A stretch of DNA of 61,798 nt from Alphaproteobacteria bacterium (GCA_028279895.1 JANQMY010000071.1:1-61798); one strand, 5' to 3'; numbered from the stretch's first letter, positions 47,770-59,494 are shown. Notes: generated from the sequence alone by a model not told the origin. Numbers and translations: made by a program.

Positions 47770-47962
47770 AACAAACGAAGGCGCATACGCGAAACCGAAC
47801 CGAGTTTTGACGCAGCAGAGAGACAGTTTGCAGGTATTGGGGAATTGCGCCCAAATAGGGCGAAAATGGCGTTTGGCTATTCGAGGTTTCTTCGGAAAGC
47901 AGCCTAAGTTTCAATGGCTTGCGCGAGTAGCTAACCCGCAGAGAGAATTTCACAAAGGACGG

Positions 47963-48052
<90 letters not shown>

Positions 48053-48345
48053 TCAGCGGGATCCGGCAGCGCCGGAAGTCGCGCACTATATACGCGCCGC
48101 CCCGTCATTCAATCCCCCACATATGCGCATGCTCCTATTAACCAAAAATGAGCGTGTTGCTGGGATAACACAGTCATGCGCGTCTCGTCTCCCATGGTTT
48201 CGCCGTATGCCGACTTCGCTTGTCGCCCCCTCTCGGAGATATTAACGTTTCACTTAACGGCGGGCGTATTCAGCGCTCGTCGGAGTAAGCGCGGCAGATT
48301 TCTGCCGATTCTTGTAATCAGAAGGGTCTTGGGGGCCTTCGAAAC

Positions 48346-48630
48346 ATGATCATATTCAGAATTGTCAGCCTGTTGCTGATCGCAGCGGCGCTGATGTTTT
48401 TAGGGCATGACGCCATTAACTGGCTGAAAGCCGGGGGAGACTTCACGGCGACCTCGCTTTCCAGCGCTGTCGACTTGTTCCTGGGAGAGGGGACAGGGGC
48501 CGGTTGGGTCTCAAGCGTGCCGGAGTCCGTACAAAATCCGGGCATGCAAACGCTGATGAATGCACCGTCCTGGGCATCGGTCGGGATTGTGGGGCTCATA
48601 CTCGCGGTGCTTTTCCGCCGTCGGGATTAA
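48346..48630 (+). CDS. small membrane protein
   Basis: Two hydrophobic segments (IVSLLLIAAALMFLG; WASVGIVGLILAVLF) and a basic C-terminus, RRRD. Confidence 0.5.
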   Translation: MIIFRIVSLLLIAAALMFLGHDAINWLKAGGDFTATSLSSAVDLFLGEGTGAGWVSSVPESVQNPGMQTLMNAPSWASVGIVGLILAVLFRRRD

Positions 48631-48743
48631 CGCCCGCGTAACCACAATTCGGCTTAATTGTTGACGGAAACTGGCGGGCCATTAAACGGCCCGCCGGTCT
48701 CCGCGCAGTTTTGCGTGGCAACCGGCCAGTTGTGGGGAACGGC

Positions 48744-49040
48744 ATGACAGTGCTCCGCTCGTTAGCGGTTTTGTTTTTTGTTCTGGCAGCCTTGATGTTT
48801 GTCAGCGAAAGCATTGCGTCGTTCGCGGACGGCGCATCCTTTCGCATGCGCTCGTTCGGCGAATGGTGGTACGCCTTCAGTCCGAGTAGCCTGAACGGGG
48901 CCCAGGCATTCGTTCAACGCTATCTGTGGCCCGGCCTTTGGGACCCTGGCGTCATCTGGTTCTTACGCTTGCCGGGCATTCCGGTGGCGGCCGGCCTTGG
49001 GGCTGTTTTGCTGGCGATTTCCGTGGCCCGCCGACGATAG
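48744..49040 (+). CDS. small membrane protein, paralogue-like to 48346-48630
   Basis: Same layout as its neighbour: LAVLFFVLAALMFV..., ...AAGLGAVLLAISVARRR. Confidence 0.5.
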   Translation: MTVLRSLAVLFFVLAALMFVSESIASFADGASFRMRSFGEWWYAFSPSSLNGAQAFVQRYLWPGLWDPGVIWFLRLPGIPVAAGLGAVLLAISVARRR

Positions 49041-49080
49041 CGGCGCGCGCTTAGACCGATTTGGAGGGAGCCGACACGTT

Positions 49081-50886
49081 CTAGTCGTCGTCCATTTTGA
49101 GGGCGGCGATGAAGGCCTGCTGCGGAATTTCCACCTTGCCGAACTGCCGCATCTTCTTTTTCCCCTCTTTCTGCTTTTCCAGCAGCTTGCGCTTCCGCGT
49201 GATGTCGCCGCCATAGCACTTTGCGGTGACGTCTTTGCGCAGGGCCTTGACGTTTTCGCGGGCGATAATGCGGCCTCCGATGGCGGCCTGGATGGGGATT
49301 TGAAACAGGTGCCGCGGGATCAAATCTTTGAGCTTTTCGCACATGGCCCGGCCGCGCGCTTCTGCGCGCTCTTCATGCACAATCACTGACAGGGCATCGA
49401 CCGGTTCGCTGTTGACCAAGATCGACATCTTCACCAGCTTACCGGTTTCATAGCCGTCCAGTTGATAATCGAAACTGGCATATCCGCGGGTCACGGATTT
49501 GATGCGGTCATAGAAGTCGAACACCACTTCATTGAGCGGCAAGCGGTAGGTTGCCATGGCGCGGCTGCCCGCATAGGTCAGGTCAATTTGCGAGCCGCGG
49601 CGGTCTTCGCACAGCTTTAAGACCGCGCCCAGGAACTCATCCGGGACCAGGATGGTGGCCTTGATCCACGGTTCCTCTATCGACGCAATCTTAACCGGGT
49701 CCGGCATGTCGACCGGATTGTGAAGCTCGATTTGTTCGCCATCCGTCAGATGCAACTGGTAAATCACCGACGGGGCGGTGGTGATGATATCGATATTGAA
49801 TTCGCGTTCGATCCGTTCCCGGATGATCTCCAAATGGAGCAGCCCGAGGAAGCCGCAGCGAAACCCGAACCCCAGTGCCGCGCTGGTTTCCATCTCGTAT
49901 TGAAAGCTCGCATCGTTCAGCCGCAGCTTGGCCATGGCCTCGCGCATGGTTTCGAAATCGGCGGCATCCACGGGGAAGAAGCCGCAGAAGACGACCGGCT
50001 GAACCGGCTTAAAGCCGGGCAGGGGGTCGGTGATCGGCGATTTCTCGTCGACAATTGTGTCGCCCACGCGCGTGTCGGCCACCTCTTTAATGCTTGCGGT
50101 AAGAAATCCGATTTCCCCTGGACCCAATGCCGCCACTTCTTCGCGTTTGGGTGTAAAAACGCCGACCCGGTCAACGCCATAGGTGGCGTCAGTGGCCAGC
50201 ATTTTGATCCGTTGTCCTTTCTTGAGCGTGCCGTCGATGACGCGCACCAGCACCACAACGCCCAAATAAACGTCGTACCAACTGTCGACCAACAGGGCTT
50301 TCAGCGGATCGTCGGGATTGCCGCCCGGAGGCGGCGGCAGGCGCTGGACGATGGCTTCCAGCGTTTCCGAGATGCCGACGCCCGTTTTCGCCGAGATCTC
50401 GAGCGCGTCTGTTGCGTCGAGGCCGATGACATCCTCGATTTGCGCTCGAACCCGGTCGGGTTCGGCGGCGGGCAAGTCGATCTTGTTGAGAACCGGGACG
50501 ATCTCATGGTCGTTTTCGATGGATTGGTACACATTGGCCAGGGTCTGAGCTTCGACCCCTTGGCTCGCGTCCACCACCAATAGGGAGCCTTCGCAGGCAG
50601 CCAGGCACCGGCTGACCTCATAGGTGAAGTCTACATGGCCCGGCGTGTCCATCAGGTTCAACACATAGGTCTCGCCATCCTCGGCCTGATAGCTCAGCCG
50701 CACGGTTTGAGCCTTAATGGTAATCCCCCGTTCGCGCTCCAATTCCATGGAATCCAGCACTTGTTCCTTCATTTCGCGGTCGCTGAGGCCACCGCAGGTC
50801 TGGATCAGGCGGTCGGCAAGGGTAGATTTGCCGTGGTCAATATGTGCGACGATCGAGAAATTACGGATGTTCTTTAGTGGTGTCAT
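49081..50886 (-). CDS. lepA: translation elongation factor 4 (LepA)
   Basis: [29 protein letters not shown] and NKIDLP G-motifs, plus the LepA-specific C-terminus ([21 protein letters not shown]). Confidence 0.97.
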   Translation of the reverse strand: MTPLKNIRNFSIVAHIDHGKSTLADRLIQTCGGLSDREMKEQVLDSMELERERGITIKAQTVRLSYQAEDGETYVLNLMDTPGHVDFTYEVSRCLAACEGSLLVVDASQGVEAQTLANVYQSIENDHEIVPVLNKIDLPAAEPDRVRAQIEDVIGLDATDALEISAKTGVGISETLEAIVQRLPPPPGGNPDDPLKALLVDSWYDVYLGVVVLVRVIDGTLKKGQRIKMLATDATYGVDRVGVFTPKREEVAALGPGEIGFLTASIKEVADTRVGDTIVDEKSPITDPLPGFKPVQPVVFCGFFPVDAADFETMREAMAKLRLNDASFQYEMETSAALGFGFRCGFLGLLHLEIIRERIEREFNIDIITTAPSVIYQLHLTDGEQIELHNPVDMPDPVKIASIEEPWIKATILVPDEFLGAVLKLCEDRRGSQIDLTYAGSRAMATYRLPLNEVVFDFYDRIKSVTRGYASFDYQLDGYETGKLVKMSILVNSEPVDALSVIVHEERAEARGRAMCEKLKDLIPRHLFQIPIQAAIGGRIIARENVKALRKDVTAKCYGGDITRKRKLLEKQKEGKKKMRQFGKVEIPQQAFIAALKMDDD

Positions 50887-51061
50887 GGTGCGCGGCTTTT
50901 ATCACCCAGTTGACGGATCGCCAAGTTGAACCTGAATGGCCACGATCGGCCGTTCTCATCAAGGCAGGAGACAGAGCGCCCCTTTTTCCGTACTATGATC
51001 TGAAGGCCAAAGGCCGCCGGCTGTATGACCGGACTTAGTATTGCGTAAGTGGGTGTGAGTC

Positions 51062-52114
51062 ATGCGTATCATGCAATGGGTGGACGCTCATGCATCTCGC
51101 GGGGGGCCGTTCTTGGCGGCAGCCCGCCAACCGAAGGCCAGCTTGGGACGCCCGCCCCATCTTGAGCCCCACGAATCCGCAGACCGACAATCCCCGATCT
51201 CCGTTTTTAGTGCTTTGGGTTATGGATTTCGATTTGTGCTCGTGCAGCCGCTGACCGTTCTTCGGATCGCGTTCCTTCCACTTCTGACATTGCTTGCCTG
51301 CCATTTGGCCTATGCCTGGCATCAAGTTCCCTATTTGCTCGTGGTGCCGGAGCAGTTTTCCCCGGTCGATTGGGCGCGCCATGCCGTGTTGATCGGCGCC
51401 ATGTTGTGGGCCTGGACGTCGTTGTGGGGCGGTTTGTTCCATCGGTATTTCGGGGAAGAGGGCGGTGCGAGCTGGGGGCTTGCCGCCGGTAATATGATGA
51501 AACTGCGATTGATGGCTGCCTTCGTGGTGCTGATTGTCGTACCGTTCCTTTTGTTGGCCGCAGCGCCGTCGGTGCTTGCCGTGGTCACGCCGGCGCTCAT
51601 GGCAAGCAATAGCGTCGAAGTGCCCTTGCCCGTTAATCTGATGACCGCTCTGACACAAATTGGCCAGGGCGTGCAATCCGGCTTTGCCATCAATGCGCCA
51701 TGGGCATGGGCGCTTGCGTTGGTTGCTCTTGGAGCGTTCGGCTATTCACTGATCCGCTTGCTCTTCCTGGTGCCGTATGTGGTGCACCAGCGCCGGCTCA
51801 GCGTGTTCAGCGCCTGGCGGCGAACGCGAGGTATGTTCTGGCAGCTCAGCGGTGCCTTTTGTTTTGCAGTGCCTGTCGTAATGATGTTGCTTGCGGTGCC
51901 AATGACCGCCGGAATTTTTGTCACCTACTATCTGTATCCGGAGCTCTTGACCACGGACATCCGGGTTTCTTTGTGGCTAAACGATGCTCACCAAGTCTTG
52001 ATGTTGTGGCCAACGGTCATTGGATTTTTGGTGGGCCTCAGCCTGAGCAGCGGTTTCTGGACGGGCGTGTTGGGCTCTCTCTACCAAACGCAGTCCGGAC
52101 CCCGCCAACCATAG
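51062..52114 (+). CDS. polytopic membrane protein of unknown function
   Basis: Multiple long hydrophobic segments. Coding-like frame in the core region. Confidence 0.6.
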   Translation: MRIMQWVDAHASRGGPFLAAARQPKASLGRPPHLEPHESADRQSPISVFSALGYGFRFVLVQPLTVLRIAFLPLLTLLACHLAYAWHQVPYLLVVPEQFSPVDWARHAVLIGAMLWAWTSLWGGLFHRYFGEEGGASWGLAAGNMMKLRLMAAFVVLIVVPFLLLAAAPSVLAVVTPALMASNSVEVPLPVNLMTALTQIGQGVQSGFAINAPWAWALALVALGAFGYSLIRLLFLVPYVVHQRRLSVFSAWRRTRGMFWQLSGAFCFAVPVVMMLLAVPMTAGIFVTYYLYPELLTTDIRVSLWLNDAHQVLMLWPTVIGFLVGLSLSSGFWTGVLGSLYQTQSGPRQP

Positions 52115-52165
52115 CACGGGATTGCATGGCCGGTGACGGACCATGCGGCCTTTTGTATTGTCGGC

Positions 52166-52705
52166 TTATTGGGCCTGTTCAATCAAAGAAAGCGGTTTTC
52201 CCGTCGCACGCCAATTCGGTGGCATCACGCCGCTCCACTCCAGCGATGCCGATTGAACGAGAGGTACTTCGTAGTATCGAATGACGGTGGCACCGGCCAG
52301 TTTTTGGCAATCGCGTGCCGACATCTTCAAAGACAGTCCGGCAATGGAGCAGTCCACTTGGGTCGTAGCATCCGCATCGACAGGCTTTAGCGTGAGCCGG
52401 ATTTGAGCGGCATCTCCTGCCCCTTTGGCGGCGCTTTGGAACGCGGCTGCGACCACTTCGGTGCTTAGCGTTTCGAAGCCGGGGGCGGAGCAACTTATGG
52501 CGAGAGGCGCGTCCGCATCTTGCACGCGCACCGTTGTGGAACCCGATAAGCTTGTCGCGACTAGCTTGCCGTTCTGTTCCACATCGCACTGTGCCGTTTC
52601 GGGCGTGGCGTTCAGCTGAACCGACGTATCGCGATTGAACGCCGGCCCGGCGCAAGCCGCCACAGCGCCGGCGCATATAAGCGCCATGAAGCGTAGAGTA
52701 CGCAT
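52166..52705 (-). CDS. putative lipoprotein
   Basis: MRTLRFMALICAGAVAAC provides a signal peptide plus lipobox. Confidence 0.6.
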   Translation of the reverse strand: MRTLRFMALICAGAVAACAGPAFNRDTSVQLNATPETAQCDVEQNGKLVATSLSGSTTVRVQDADAPLAISCSAPGFETLSTEVVAAAFQSAAKGAGDAAQIRLTLKPVDADATTQVDCSIAGLSLKMSARDCQKLAGATVIRYYEVPLVQSASLEWSGVMPPNWRATGKPLSLIEQAQ

Positions 52706-52823
52706 GGTGCCCCTCCATCTGTCTCTGCTACCTAATCAGCAGCATAGGAAGGAGCCGTGAACGGAAAGCTAAAGATTTAATTCGCCTAAAGATTTATCCA
52801 ATTCGGCAGAAGGTGGGGCCGCT

Positions 52824-55235
52824 TCAGCCGCGCAGCTTGCCACCGCTTGCCTTTTCGACGGAAGCCACCACTTTTTGGGCGATAGCCTCGATTTCGTCGT
52901 CGGTGAACGTCTTGTCGATGGGTTGCAAGTGGACCGACAGTGAGATGGATTTTTTACCCTCTCCGATTTTCTCGCCTTCGAAAACGTCAAAGACCGTCAC
53001 GGCGGTGATCGTTTTCTTGTCCGCCCCTTTGGCCGCCCGGACGAGCGATTCCGCCGAAACGTCGGTGTCCACCTCGAACGAGAAGTCGCGTTCCACGGCC
53101 TGCAGGTCCGAGGCATTGAGGGGGCCGCGTCCTTTGCCGCCCTTGGAGCGGGGTTCCGGTACTTCTTCCAGCAAAATTTCGAACCCAACCACAGGGCCCG
53201 ACAGATCCATTTCGCGCACGACGCGCGGGTGAAGTTCGCCGAAATAGGCCAGAGGCTTTTTTGGCCCGAGACAAATGGTGCCCGAGCGGCCCGGGTGGTA
53301 CCAGGCCGGGGCCGACGCCAACACTTGTGCGCTCTCGGCCGGTCCCCCCACCGCTTGCAAAACGGCCAGCGCATCAGCTTTTGCATCAAACGCATCGACC
53401 GGCTGCCGGGTCCCTTGCCAATGTCTAGGGGCCGTATGTCCGCAGCGAATGCCGGTGATCACCGTCGCCTGATCTTCCGGCCGGTCGCCTGCATATTGGG
53501 GGCCGGTCTCGAACAGGGCCGTGTCTGCAAAACCGCGATCTGCATTGTGGCGTGCCGCTTCCATAAGGCCGGGCAGAAGGCTCGGCCGCATCACGTTCAT
53601 TTCCGAAGATATCGGATTGGCAAGCGTTACCTTTTGGTTGCCGCCACCGAAATGGTCTGCCGCGCCATCCGAGATGAATGACCAGGTCACCGCTTCGACC
53701 AATCCGCGTGTCGCCAATGTCCGGCGGCCTATGGCGAGCCGCCTTTGGCGCAACGTCAAAATCGGTTTGGCGACGCCATAAAGCCGCGGCAGCGGCGTCG
53801 ACGGCAAATTGTCGAGCCCATGCACACGTACAACCTCCTCGACCAAGTCGGCGGCGCCGTCGATATCGGGCCGCCAGCCCGGTGCAGAGACCTGCCATGG
53901 CCCGCCGTTAGAGCTATCGTCTGTATGAAAGCCTAGCTTCTCAAGAATTTTTCGGGTGTCGTCGGGGGCGATTTTAAGCCCCGTGAGCCGCTTGATCAGG
54001 CCCGGGTCGAAGGCAACCGGATCGCTTTTGGCGGGGCCGGACCCTGCGATTTCCACCTCGCTCGGCTCGCCGCCGCACAGATCCATGATGAGTTGAGTTG
54101 CCAATTCCAGCCCGGAGTCGACGAAATCGGAATCGACACCGCGTTCGAAGCGATAGCGGGCATCGGATTCGATGCCGAGTCGGCGCCCCGTCGCCGCAAT
54201 GTTGATCGGGTCGAAATAGGCGCTTTCGATGAAAACGTTTGTCGTCGCCTCGGTCACGCCACTCGGCTCGCCACCGATCACACCGCCGATACCCAAGGCG
54301 CCCTTTTCGTCGGCGATGACGCAGACCTGCTGGTCGACCTCGTATTCATTGCCGTCCAACGCCGCTATCTTTTCGCCTTTCCGTCCAAGGCGTGCGCCGA
54401 TATTGCCGGACAGCTTGTCCGCATCATAGACGTGCAGCGGCCGGCCGCGGTCAAAGGTGATCAAATTGGTGATGTCCACCAGCGTCGAAATCGGCCGCAG
54501 ACCGATGGCGCGCAACCGCCGTTGCAGCCAATCGGGACTTGGGCCGTTTTTTACGCCGCGCACCGAGCGTCCCGCGAATTTGGAACAGGGATCCGGGCCG
54601 TCACCGGGGAAATCCAGCCAAATCTTTATGGGGCAGGGGAATGCGCCGGCAGTCGGAGAGAGAGGGTCAGGCTTCAGCGTACCCTGTCCACGGGCCGCCA
54701 GGTCCCGGGCCACGCCACGCACGCCCAGGCAGTCCGGCCGGTTCGGTGTGATCGCAATCTCGATGACCGGATCGTTCAGTCCCATCACCTCCGCCATGGG
54801 TGTGCCGACAACGGCGGAGTCCGGCAACTCAATGATGCCTTCATGCTCGTCGGACAATCCCATTTCCCGTTCCGAGACCAGCATGCCGTTGGAACTGACG
54901 CCGCGAATCTCGGTGGGTTTGAGCAGCAAACCCGTGCCGGGAACGGTCACGCCGCTGGGGGCGAAAACCCCTTTCATGCCGGTGCGGGCGTTGGGCGCCC
55001 CGCAAACGACCTGTACCTTTTCGGTCCCTGTATCGACCTGGCACACGCGCAGTTTGTCCGCATTCGGATGTTTTTCAGCGGAAATCACGTGGGCAACCTT
55101 GAAGGGCGCAAGCGTCTCGGTCAGGTTCTCGATCGATTCCACCTCAAGACCGAGCGCATTCAGGGTATCGCCAATCTCATTCAGCGAAGCATCCGTGTCC
55201 AGATGTTCCTTGAGCCAGGTGAGCGTAAATTTCAT
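52824..55235 (-). CDS. pheT: phenylalanine--tRNA ligase beta subunit
   Basis: [14 protein letters not shown] is a canonical PheT N-terminus. tRNA-binding, B3/4, B5 and FDX-ACB regions are recognisable. The ATG at 55233-55235 overlaps the pheS TGA. Confidence 0.95.
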   Translation of the reverse strand: MKFTLTWLKEHLDTDASLNEIGDTLNALGLEVESIENLTETLAPFKVAHVISAEKHPNADKLRVCQVDTGTEKVQVVCGAPNARTGMKGVFAPSGVTVPGTGLLLKPTEIRGVSSNGMLVSEREMGLSDEHEGIIELPDSAVVGTPMAEVMGLNDPVIEIAITPNRPDCLGVRGVARDLAARGQGTLKPDPLSPTAGAFPCPIKIWLDFPGDGPDPCSKFAGRSVRGVKNGPSPDWLQRRLRAIGLRPISTLVDITNLITFDRGRPLHVYDADKLSGNIGARLGRKGEKIAALDGNEYEVDQQVCVIADEKGALGIGGVIGGEPSGVTEATTNVFIESAYFDPINIAATGRRLGIESDARYRFERGVDSDFVDSGLELATQLIMDLCGGEPSEVEIAGSGPAKSDPVAFDPGLIKRLTGLKIAPDDTRKILEKLGFHTDDSSNGGPWQVSAPGWRPDIDGAADLVEEVVRVHGLDNLPSTPLPRLYGVAKPILTLRQRRLAIGRRTLATRGLVEAVTWSFISDGAADHFGGGNQKVTLANPISSEMNVMRPSLLPGLMEAARHNADRGFADTALFETGPQYAGDRPEDQATVITGIRCGHTAPRHWQGTRQPVDAFDAKADALAVLQAVGGPAESAQVLASAPAWYHPGRSGTICLGPKKPLAYFGELHPRVVREMDLSGPVVGFEILLEEVPEPRSKGGKGRGPLNASDLQAVERDFSFEVDTDVSAESLVRAAKGADKKTITAVTVFDVFEGEKIGEGKKSISLSVHLQPIDKTFTDDEIEAIAQKVVASVEKASGGKLRG

Positions 55236-56308
55236 CGGCTGAGCCCTCCCGCAAGGCTGGGAATGTCGAGCGACGGGAAGCCGTAATGTTTGAGCCAGCG
55301 CAGATCGGCTGCGAAGAAGGCGCGCAGATCGGGAATGCCATACTTCAGCATGGCCATACGGTCGATGCCCACGCCAAAGGCGAAGCCCTGAAAGACATCC
55401 GGGTCGAGGCCGACATATTGCAGCACTTTGGGATGCACCATGCCGCACCCGAGAATCTCAAGCCAGTCATCCCCTTCGCCCAATACGATTTGTCCGCCGT
55501 CCCGGCGGCAGCGAATATCCACTTCCATAGAGGGTTCCGTGAAAGGGAAGTGGGACGGGCGAAACCGCATGCTGATCGAATCCAGCTCGAAGAAGGCTTT
55601 GCAGAATTCCTCCAGCACCCATTTGAGGTGCCCCATATGGGTTTCCCGGTCGATCACCAAGCCTTCGACTTGGTGGAACATGGGGGTATGGGTTTGGTCG
55701 GAATCGCACCGGTAGACGCGCCCGGGCGCGATGACCCGATGAGGCGGTTCTTCCGTCAACATGGTGCGGATTTGGACAGGACTTGTATGGGTGCGCAAGA
55801 CGTCCCGCGAGCCGTCTTCCTTCGCTTCCAAATAGAATGTGTCGTGCATCTGCCGGGCGGGATGCTCTGGAGGAATGTTCAGCGCCGAGAAGTTCATTTC
55901 ATCGGTTTCGATGTCAGGGCCTTCGGCAACGGAAAAACCGAGATCTGCAAAGATCGCGCACAGCTCATCGATGGTTTGGCTGATGGGGTGAATGCGGCCG
56001 GTTTGTTGCGCGAGAACCGGCAGGGTAACGTCGATCCGTTCCGTCACCAGGCGCCGGTTCAGCTCCTCTTCTTCGAGTGCGGCCTTGCGGGTGTGGACTG
56101 CTTCGTTCACGCGGTCCTTCAAGCCGTTCAACAAAGGGCCTTGTACTTTGCGTTCCTCGGCGCTCATCCCGCCGAGGGTTTTCATCAATGCGCTGACGCG
56201 GCCCTTCTTACCAAGGGCGTCGACGCGCACCTGTTCCAGCTCGGATTGACTCTCGGCCGCACCGATTTGGGCCAAGAGCTCCTTCTCTAGGGCGTCAATA
56301 TCTGACAT
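55232..56308 (-). CDS. pheS: phenylalanine--tRNA ligase alpha subunit
   Basis: Class II motifs are [27 protein letters not shown] and [14 protein letters not shown]. Confidence 0.97.
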   Translation of the reverse strand: MSDIDALEKELLAQIGAAESQSELEQVRVDALGKKGRVSALMKTLGGMSAEERKVQGPLLNGLKDRVNEAVHTRKAALEEEELNRRLVTERIDVTLPVLAQQTGRIHPISQTIDELCAIFADLGFSVAEGPDIETDEMNFSALNIPPEHPARQMHDTFYLEAKEDGSRDVLRTHTSPVQIRTMLTEEPPHRVIAPGRVYRCDSDQTHTPMFHQVEGLVIDRETHMGHLKWVLEEFCKAFFELDSISMRFRPSHFPFTEPSMEVDIRCRRDGGQIVLGEGDDWLEILGCGMVHPKVLQYVGLDPDVFQGFAFGVGIDRMAMLKYGIPDLRAFFAADLRWLKHYGFPSLDIPSLAGGLSR

Positions 56309-56402
56309 GGGTCTTTCTCAAATCCACGGTTCACCGGCTGCTGCCGGTTCCGGAAGCAGGATGGCAAACTTCCTTGGCTTGAGGAAAGCGCCTGAGGACG
56401 GG

Positions 56403-56759
56403 TTATGCCAACGCTTCGGATGCTTTATCCACTAAGGCTTTGAAAGCCTCGGGTTCCCGGACCGCGAGGTCGGCGAGAACTTTACGGTCGATTTCGATAC
56501 CGGCCCGACCAAGGCCGTTGATAAATCGTCCGTAGGTCAGCCCATGCTCGCGGGCGGCGGCATTAATGCGTTGGATCCATAGGGCGCGGAAATTCCGCTT
56601 TTTCGTGCGGCGGTCGCGATAGGCGTATTGCAGTGCTTTTTCTACCGCCGGGCGGGCATTGCGATACGTATTCTTCCGCCGTCCGTAATAGCCTTTGGCG
56701 GCTTTCAGAAACTTATTCCGCCGGGCGCGGGATTGTACGCTTCGAGAGGCGCGGCTCAT
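56403..56759 (-). CDS. rplT: 50S ribosomal protein L20
   Basis: [20 protein letters not shown]...[26 protein letters not shown]. Confidence 0.97.
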   Translation of the reverse strand: MSRASRSVQSRARRNKFLKAAKGYYGRRKNTYRNARPAVEKALQYAYRDRRTKKRNFRALWIQRINAAAREHGLTYGRFINGLGRAGIEIDRKVLADLAVREPEAFKALVDKASEALA

Positions 56760-56804
56760 AATTCGATCTCCTAGCTGTCAGCTTCGGGCCATGCGAGACG
56801 GGGA

Positions 56805-57002
56805 CTACCCGTAGGGCATCCACTTTTTGACCTTTTTGGCGTCCGCATCGCTCAAAATGGCGGTGCCCCGCAGATTGCGGATCTGGTCGTTGGATCTCTT
56901 GATCATGCCGTGGCGTTTGCCGGCTTGAGCGTGCCGGACCTTGCCTTTTGCTGTCAGGCGGAAACGTTTTTTCACGCCGCTCTTGGTTTTCAGTTTGGGC
57001 AT
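56805..57002 (-). CDS. rpmI: 50S ribosomal protein L35
   Basis: [31 protein letters not shown]. Confidence 0.95.
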   Translation of the reverse strand: MPKLKTKSGVKKRFRLTAKGKVRHAQAGKRHGMIKRSNDQIRNLRGTAILSDADAKKVKKWMPYG

Positions 57003-57252
57003 TTTGCGTCTTCCTTACTGGGGGGCGCCAAACCGCGCGCACCGCCCGATCTTGTTTGTGCATTCTGAGCCGCCTCGGCATGCCCTTATCAGGCCGGACC
57101 GCTCGCTAAAGGAGGCGTGTTATACGGAAATAAGGTGAAAAAGCAAGATACGCGGCGCGAAATTTCCACGAGCACGTCACAAAGTGCCGTTTCGGGCCGT
57201 CATAAGCAATGACGCATCGAATTTCGATGCCGCCCAGCTGCGGGAGGACCAT

Positions 57253-57681
57253 ATGGCGATGACAGTGAATGAAGGCATTGGCGGAGGCAACAACCTTACG
57301 GCGAGGGTTATCCTTTCGATTCTAGCGGTGGCCCATGCCGGCAACGGGCTCTTTATGTTTTTTGCCTCTCAGACCTGGTTCTATACGACCCCGGGTGTAT
57401 TGGACACGGGGGCCTATAACGGCCATTTCGTTCAAGACATCGGGGCGGCCTATATCATGACCGCCTTTGCGGCCGCTTGGGCGGCCTGGCGGCCCGTCGA
57501 GGGTTTTCCACTGATGGTGTTGGCCAGCGTTTTTGTTGGCCTTCACGCGGTGATCCATGTTTGGGATATCGCGGCAGGGCGTTGTGGCGACCCGACGGAC
57601 GACGTTTTGGCAGTGATTGTGCCGGCCCTGGTATGGATTGGTGTCACGGTGTGGATTAGGCCTCAACACCGTCGCGCTTAG
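57253..57681 (+). CDS. small integral membrane protein
   Basis: A GGGAGG lies 5 nt upstream of the ATG at 57253. There are four hydrophobic segments. Confidence 0.5.
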   Translation: MAMTVNEGIGGGNNLTARVILSILAVAHAGNGLFMFFASQTWFYTTPGVLDTGAYNGHFVQDIGAAYIMTAFAAAWAAWRPVEGFPLMVLASVFVGLHAVIHVWDIAAGRCGDPTDDVLAVIVPALVWIGVTVWIRPQHRRA

Positions 57682-57843
57682 TTTCATCAAACCTGGGCAC
57701 TTTTGGTTTTCATCGGATCACAAAAGTGCCCTAAGTCTTTGTTCTAACGCGTTTCCGGACTGTGAACCGGTATCCACCCATCGGGTCAAGCCCGAGGGCA
57801 TGATTCACCTGGAAACGCTATAGCGAAAGCCAAAGCATATATT

Positions 57844-58500
57844 TTGTCCTATAGTGGTTCTGTTGAAGGTCCAACGCTTGAGCCTGTGTGGGTCGTGTGT
57901 GTTTGCCGCCCGTGTAGTTCTCTCTTGCAGAAAGGGGCGGCCGCTTTGGTTTCTTTTGTAGGTTTACCGGTTCGCCGGGTGAGTTTAGCCGTCGGCCTCT
58001 TTGGCGGCGCGTTGTGGTTGGGGGTGTGCGCCCAGGCGGCCGAATCCATGCCCGAAAAGCTGCCCAAAATCCCCGTCCCTCCGCCGGACCTGATGCAAGA
58101 AATTACAGAAGGCTTCGTTCTCTTCGATCGGGATAAGGACGGACTGATCACAGTGAAGGAGCTTGGTCAGGTCATGTTCGCCTTCGGCGACGAACCGGAA
58201 GAAGAAGAAGTGCGGAAAATGATCTCTGCCAACGACACGTCCGGCGATGGCGCGATCGACTTCCCGGAATTCGTGCGCATGATGCATCAAGTGCCCTCGC
58301 AGCACGATGTTCGTGCAGCTTTTGTGACATTCGACCGCGACAATGACGAGTTCATCGATCAGGATGAACTATCCATTGCCATGGCCAGTATCGGCGAAAA
58401 CCTCAATGAAGATGAAATACTCGCCATGATCGAAGAGGTGGACGACAACGGTGACCGCCTGGTCGATTACCCGGAGTTCGTCGAAATCATGACGCGCTGA
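57844..58500 (+). CDS. secreted or membrane-anchored calmodulin-like protein with four EF-hands (start uncertain; TTG 57946 or GTG 57979 possible)
   Basis: Four canonical 12-residue loops: DRDKDGLITVKE, DTSGDGAIDFPE, DRDNDEFIDQDE and DDNGDRLVDYPE. They are preceded by a signal-like RRVSLAVGLFGGALWLGVCAQA. Confidence 0.8.
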   Translation: MSYSGSVEGPTLEPVWVVCVCRPCSSLLQKGAAALVSFVGLPVRRVSLAVGLFGGALWLGVCAQAAESMPEKLPKIPVPPPDLMQEITEGFVLFDRDKDGLITVKELGQVMFAFGDEPEEEEVRKMISANDTSGDGAIDFPEFVRMMHQVPSQHDVRAAFVTFDRDNDEFIDQDELSIAMASIGENLNEDEILAMIEEVDDNGDRLVDYPEFVEIMTR

Positions 58501-58685
58501 GAATTATTCGTGCGCGGAGTATTGATCGGCTTTCCCAATTTTTTTCATTTTTGGCCTTAATACCCACTAAATAGCTAGCTGCATCGGAATCTCAATTGTG
58601 CCGCGCGGCTTTTTCCAGTATGTGTTTGGTCTTGGTTGTCGCCATTTTTGTGCCTCAACATCACCTCGGAACCAGGACTACCATC

Positions 58686-58889
58686 ATGCCTACAGGAACA
58701 GTCAAATTTTTCAACACCACCAAAGGATTCGGTTTTATCGTTCCTGACGATGGTACAAAAGATGTGTTCGTACACATTTCGGCCGTGCACAATTCCGGTA
58801 TGGACGGTTTGGCGGAAGGTCAAAAAGTCAGCTTCGACATCGAACCTGACAAGCGCGGTTCTAAGGCCGTCAATCTAAAATCCGAGTAG
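58686..58889 (+). CDS. cspA: cold-shock protein (CspA family)
   Basis: [34 protein letters not shown] carries the RNP1/RNP2 motifs. I rejected the longer ORF-track start at 58596. Confidence 0.95.
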   Translation: MPTGTVKFFNTTKGFGFIVPDDGTKDVFVHISAVHNSGMDGLAEGQKVSFDIEPDKRGSKAVNLKSE

Positions 58890-58900
58890 TCACGCACTAA

Positions 58901-58928
58901 AAAACGCGGATGGTGCCATCCGCGTTTT
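58901..58928. terminator. bidirectional rho-independent terminator between cspA and infC
   Basis: AAAACGCGGATGG-tg-CCATCCGCGTTTT forms a 12-13 bp perfect stem. A/T runs flank it, giving a U-tract on either strand. Confidence 0.65.
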
Positions 58929-58957
58929 GCGTTCCTGATTGAGAAGGTTCGCCGCTT

Positions 58958-59494
58958 TTAGAGCGGTGCCATGACCATGATCATCTGGCGGCCTTCGAGC
59001 TTCGGGGCCTGCTCAACCTTCGCAATATCTTCGACTTCGTCGCGCACGCGGGACAGGAGCTGCATGCCAAGTTCCTGGTGCGCCATTTCGCGCCCGCGGA
59101 ACCGCAGCGTCACTTTCACCTTGTCGCCATCTTCAAAGAATCGTTTGATCGACCGCATCTTCACATCGTAGTCGTGCGTATCGATGTTCGGACGCATCTT
59201 GATCTCCTTGACCTCGATGGTCTTTTGCTTCTTGCGCGCCTCGTTGGCCTTCTTCTGGGCCTGATACTTGAACTTGCCATAGTCAAGAATCTTGCAGACC
59301 GGCGGAGAGGCATTGGGCGAAATCTCGACCAGGTCAAGCCCCACCTGCTGCGCCATGGTGAGCGCTTGGCTGGTCGGAACAACCCCGTGGTTTTCACCGT
59401 CTTGATCGATCAAGCGCACTTCCGGCTGGTCAATCTCGTCGTTCGCACGCGGTCCCTCGCGGGAGGGCGGTGCCTGTATTGGTCTTCTGGCTAT
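58958..59494 (-). CDS. infC: translation initiation factor IF-3, initiating at ATA
   Basis: The frame is open upstream of the first ATG to an in-frame [36 protein letters not shown] is a typical IF-3 N-terminus. AAGGAG lies 8 nt upstream of the ATA (complement of 59492-59494). Confidence 0.9.
   Translation of the reverse strand: MARRPIQAPPSREGPRANDEIDQPEVRLIDQDGENHGVVPTSQALTMAQQVGLDLVEISPNASPPVCKILDYGKFKYQAQKKANEARKKQKTIEVKEIKMRPNIDTHDYDVKMRSIKRFFEDGDKVKVTLRFRGREMAHQELGMQLLSRVRDEVEDIAKVEQAPKLEGRQMIMVMAPL

Larger units (their letters stand above)
1..47962. mobile_element. tRNA-Ser-adjacent mosaic genomic island (left boundary outside the window)
   Basis: The accessory content stops exactly at the 3' end of tRNA-Ser. 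It carries two recombinases, phage genes and nuclease/NTPase genes. Sampled lines in 1-33 kb look less GC-rich than core lines; this rests on hand counts of a few lines only. Confidence 0.55.

Noticed and set aside
49720-50583. 287-aa plus-strand ORF inside lepA
   Set aside because: It is antisense to an unambiguous lepA. It has the Arg/Gly/Asp-rich, low-complexity composition typical of shadow ORFs in GC-rich genes.
52124-52157. Possible terminator hairpin GCATGGCCG-GTGA-CGGaCCATGC followed by GGCCTTTTG
   Set aside because: The stem is bulged and the T-tract is short and interrupted. It is plausible but not strong enough to list as a feature.
55236-55448. 71-codon N-terminal extension of pheT in the ORF track
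   Set aside because: The extension overlaps pheS and is Arg/Cys-rich. The canonical PheT N-terminus [12 protein letters not shown] starts at the ATG overlapping the pheS stop.
54093-56290. Long plus-strand ORFs (54093-55286, 54457-55242, 55286-56290) opposite pheT and pheS
   Set aside because: These are antisense shadow frames of clearly identified aminoacyl-tRNA synthetase genes. No motifs are present.
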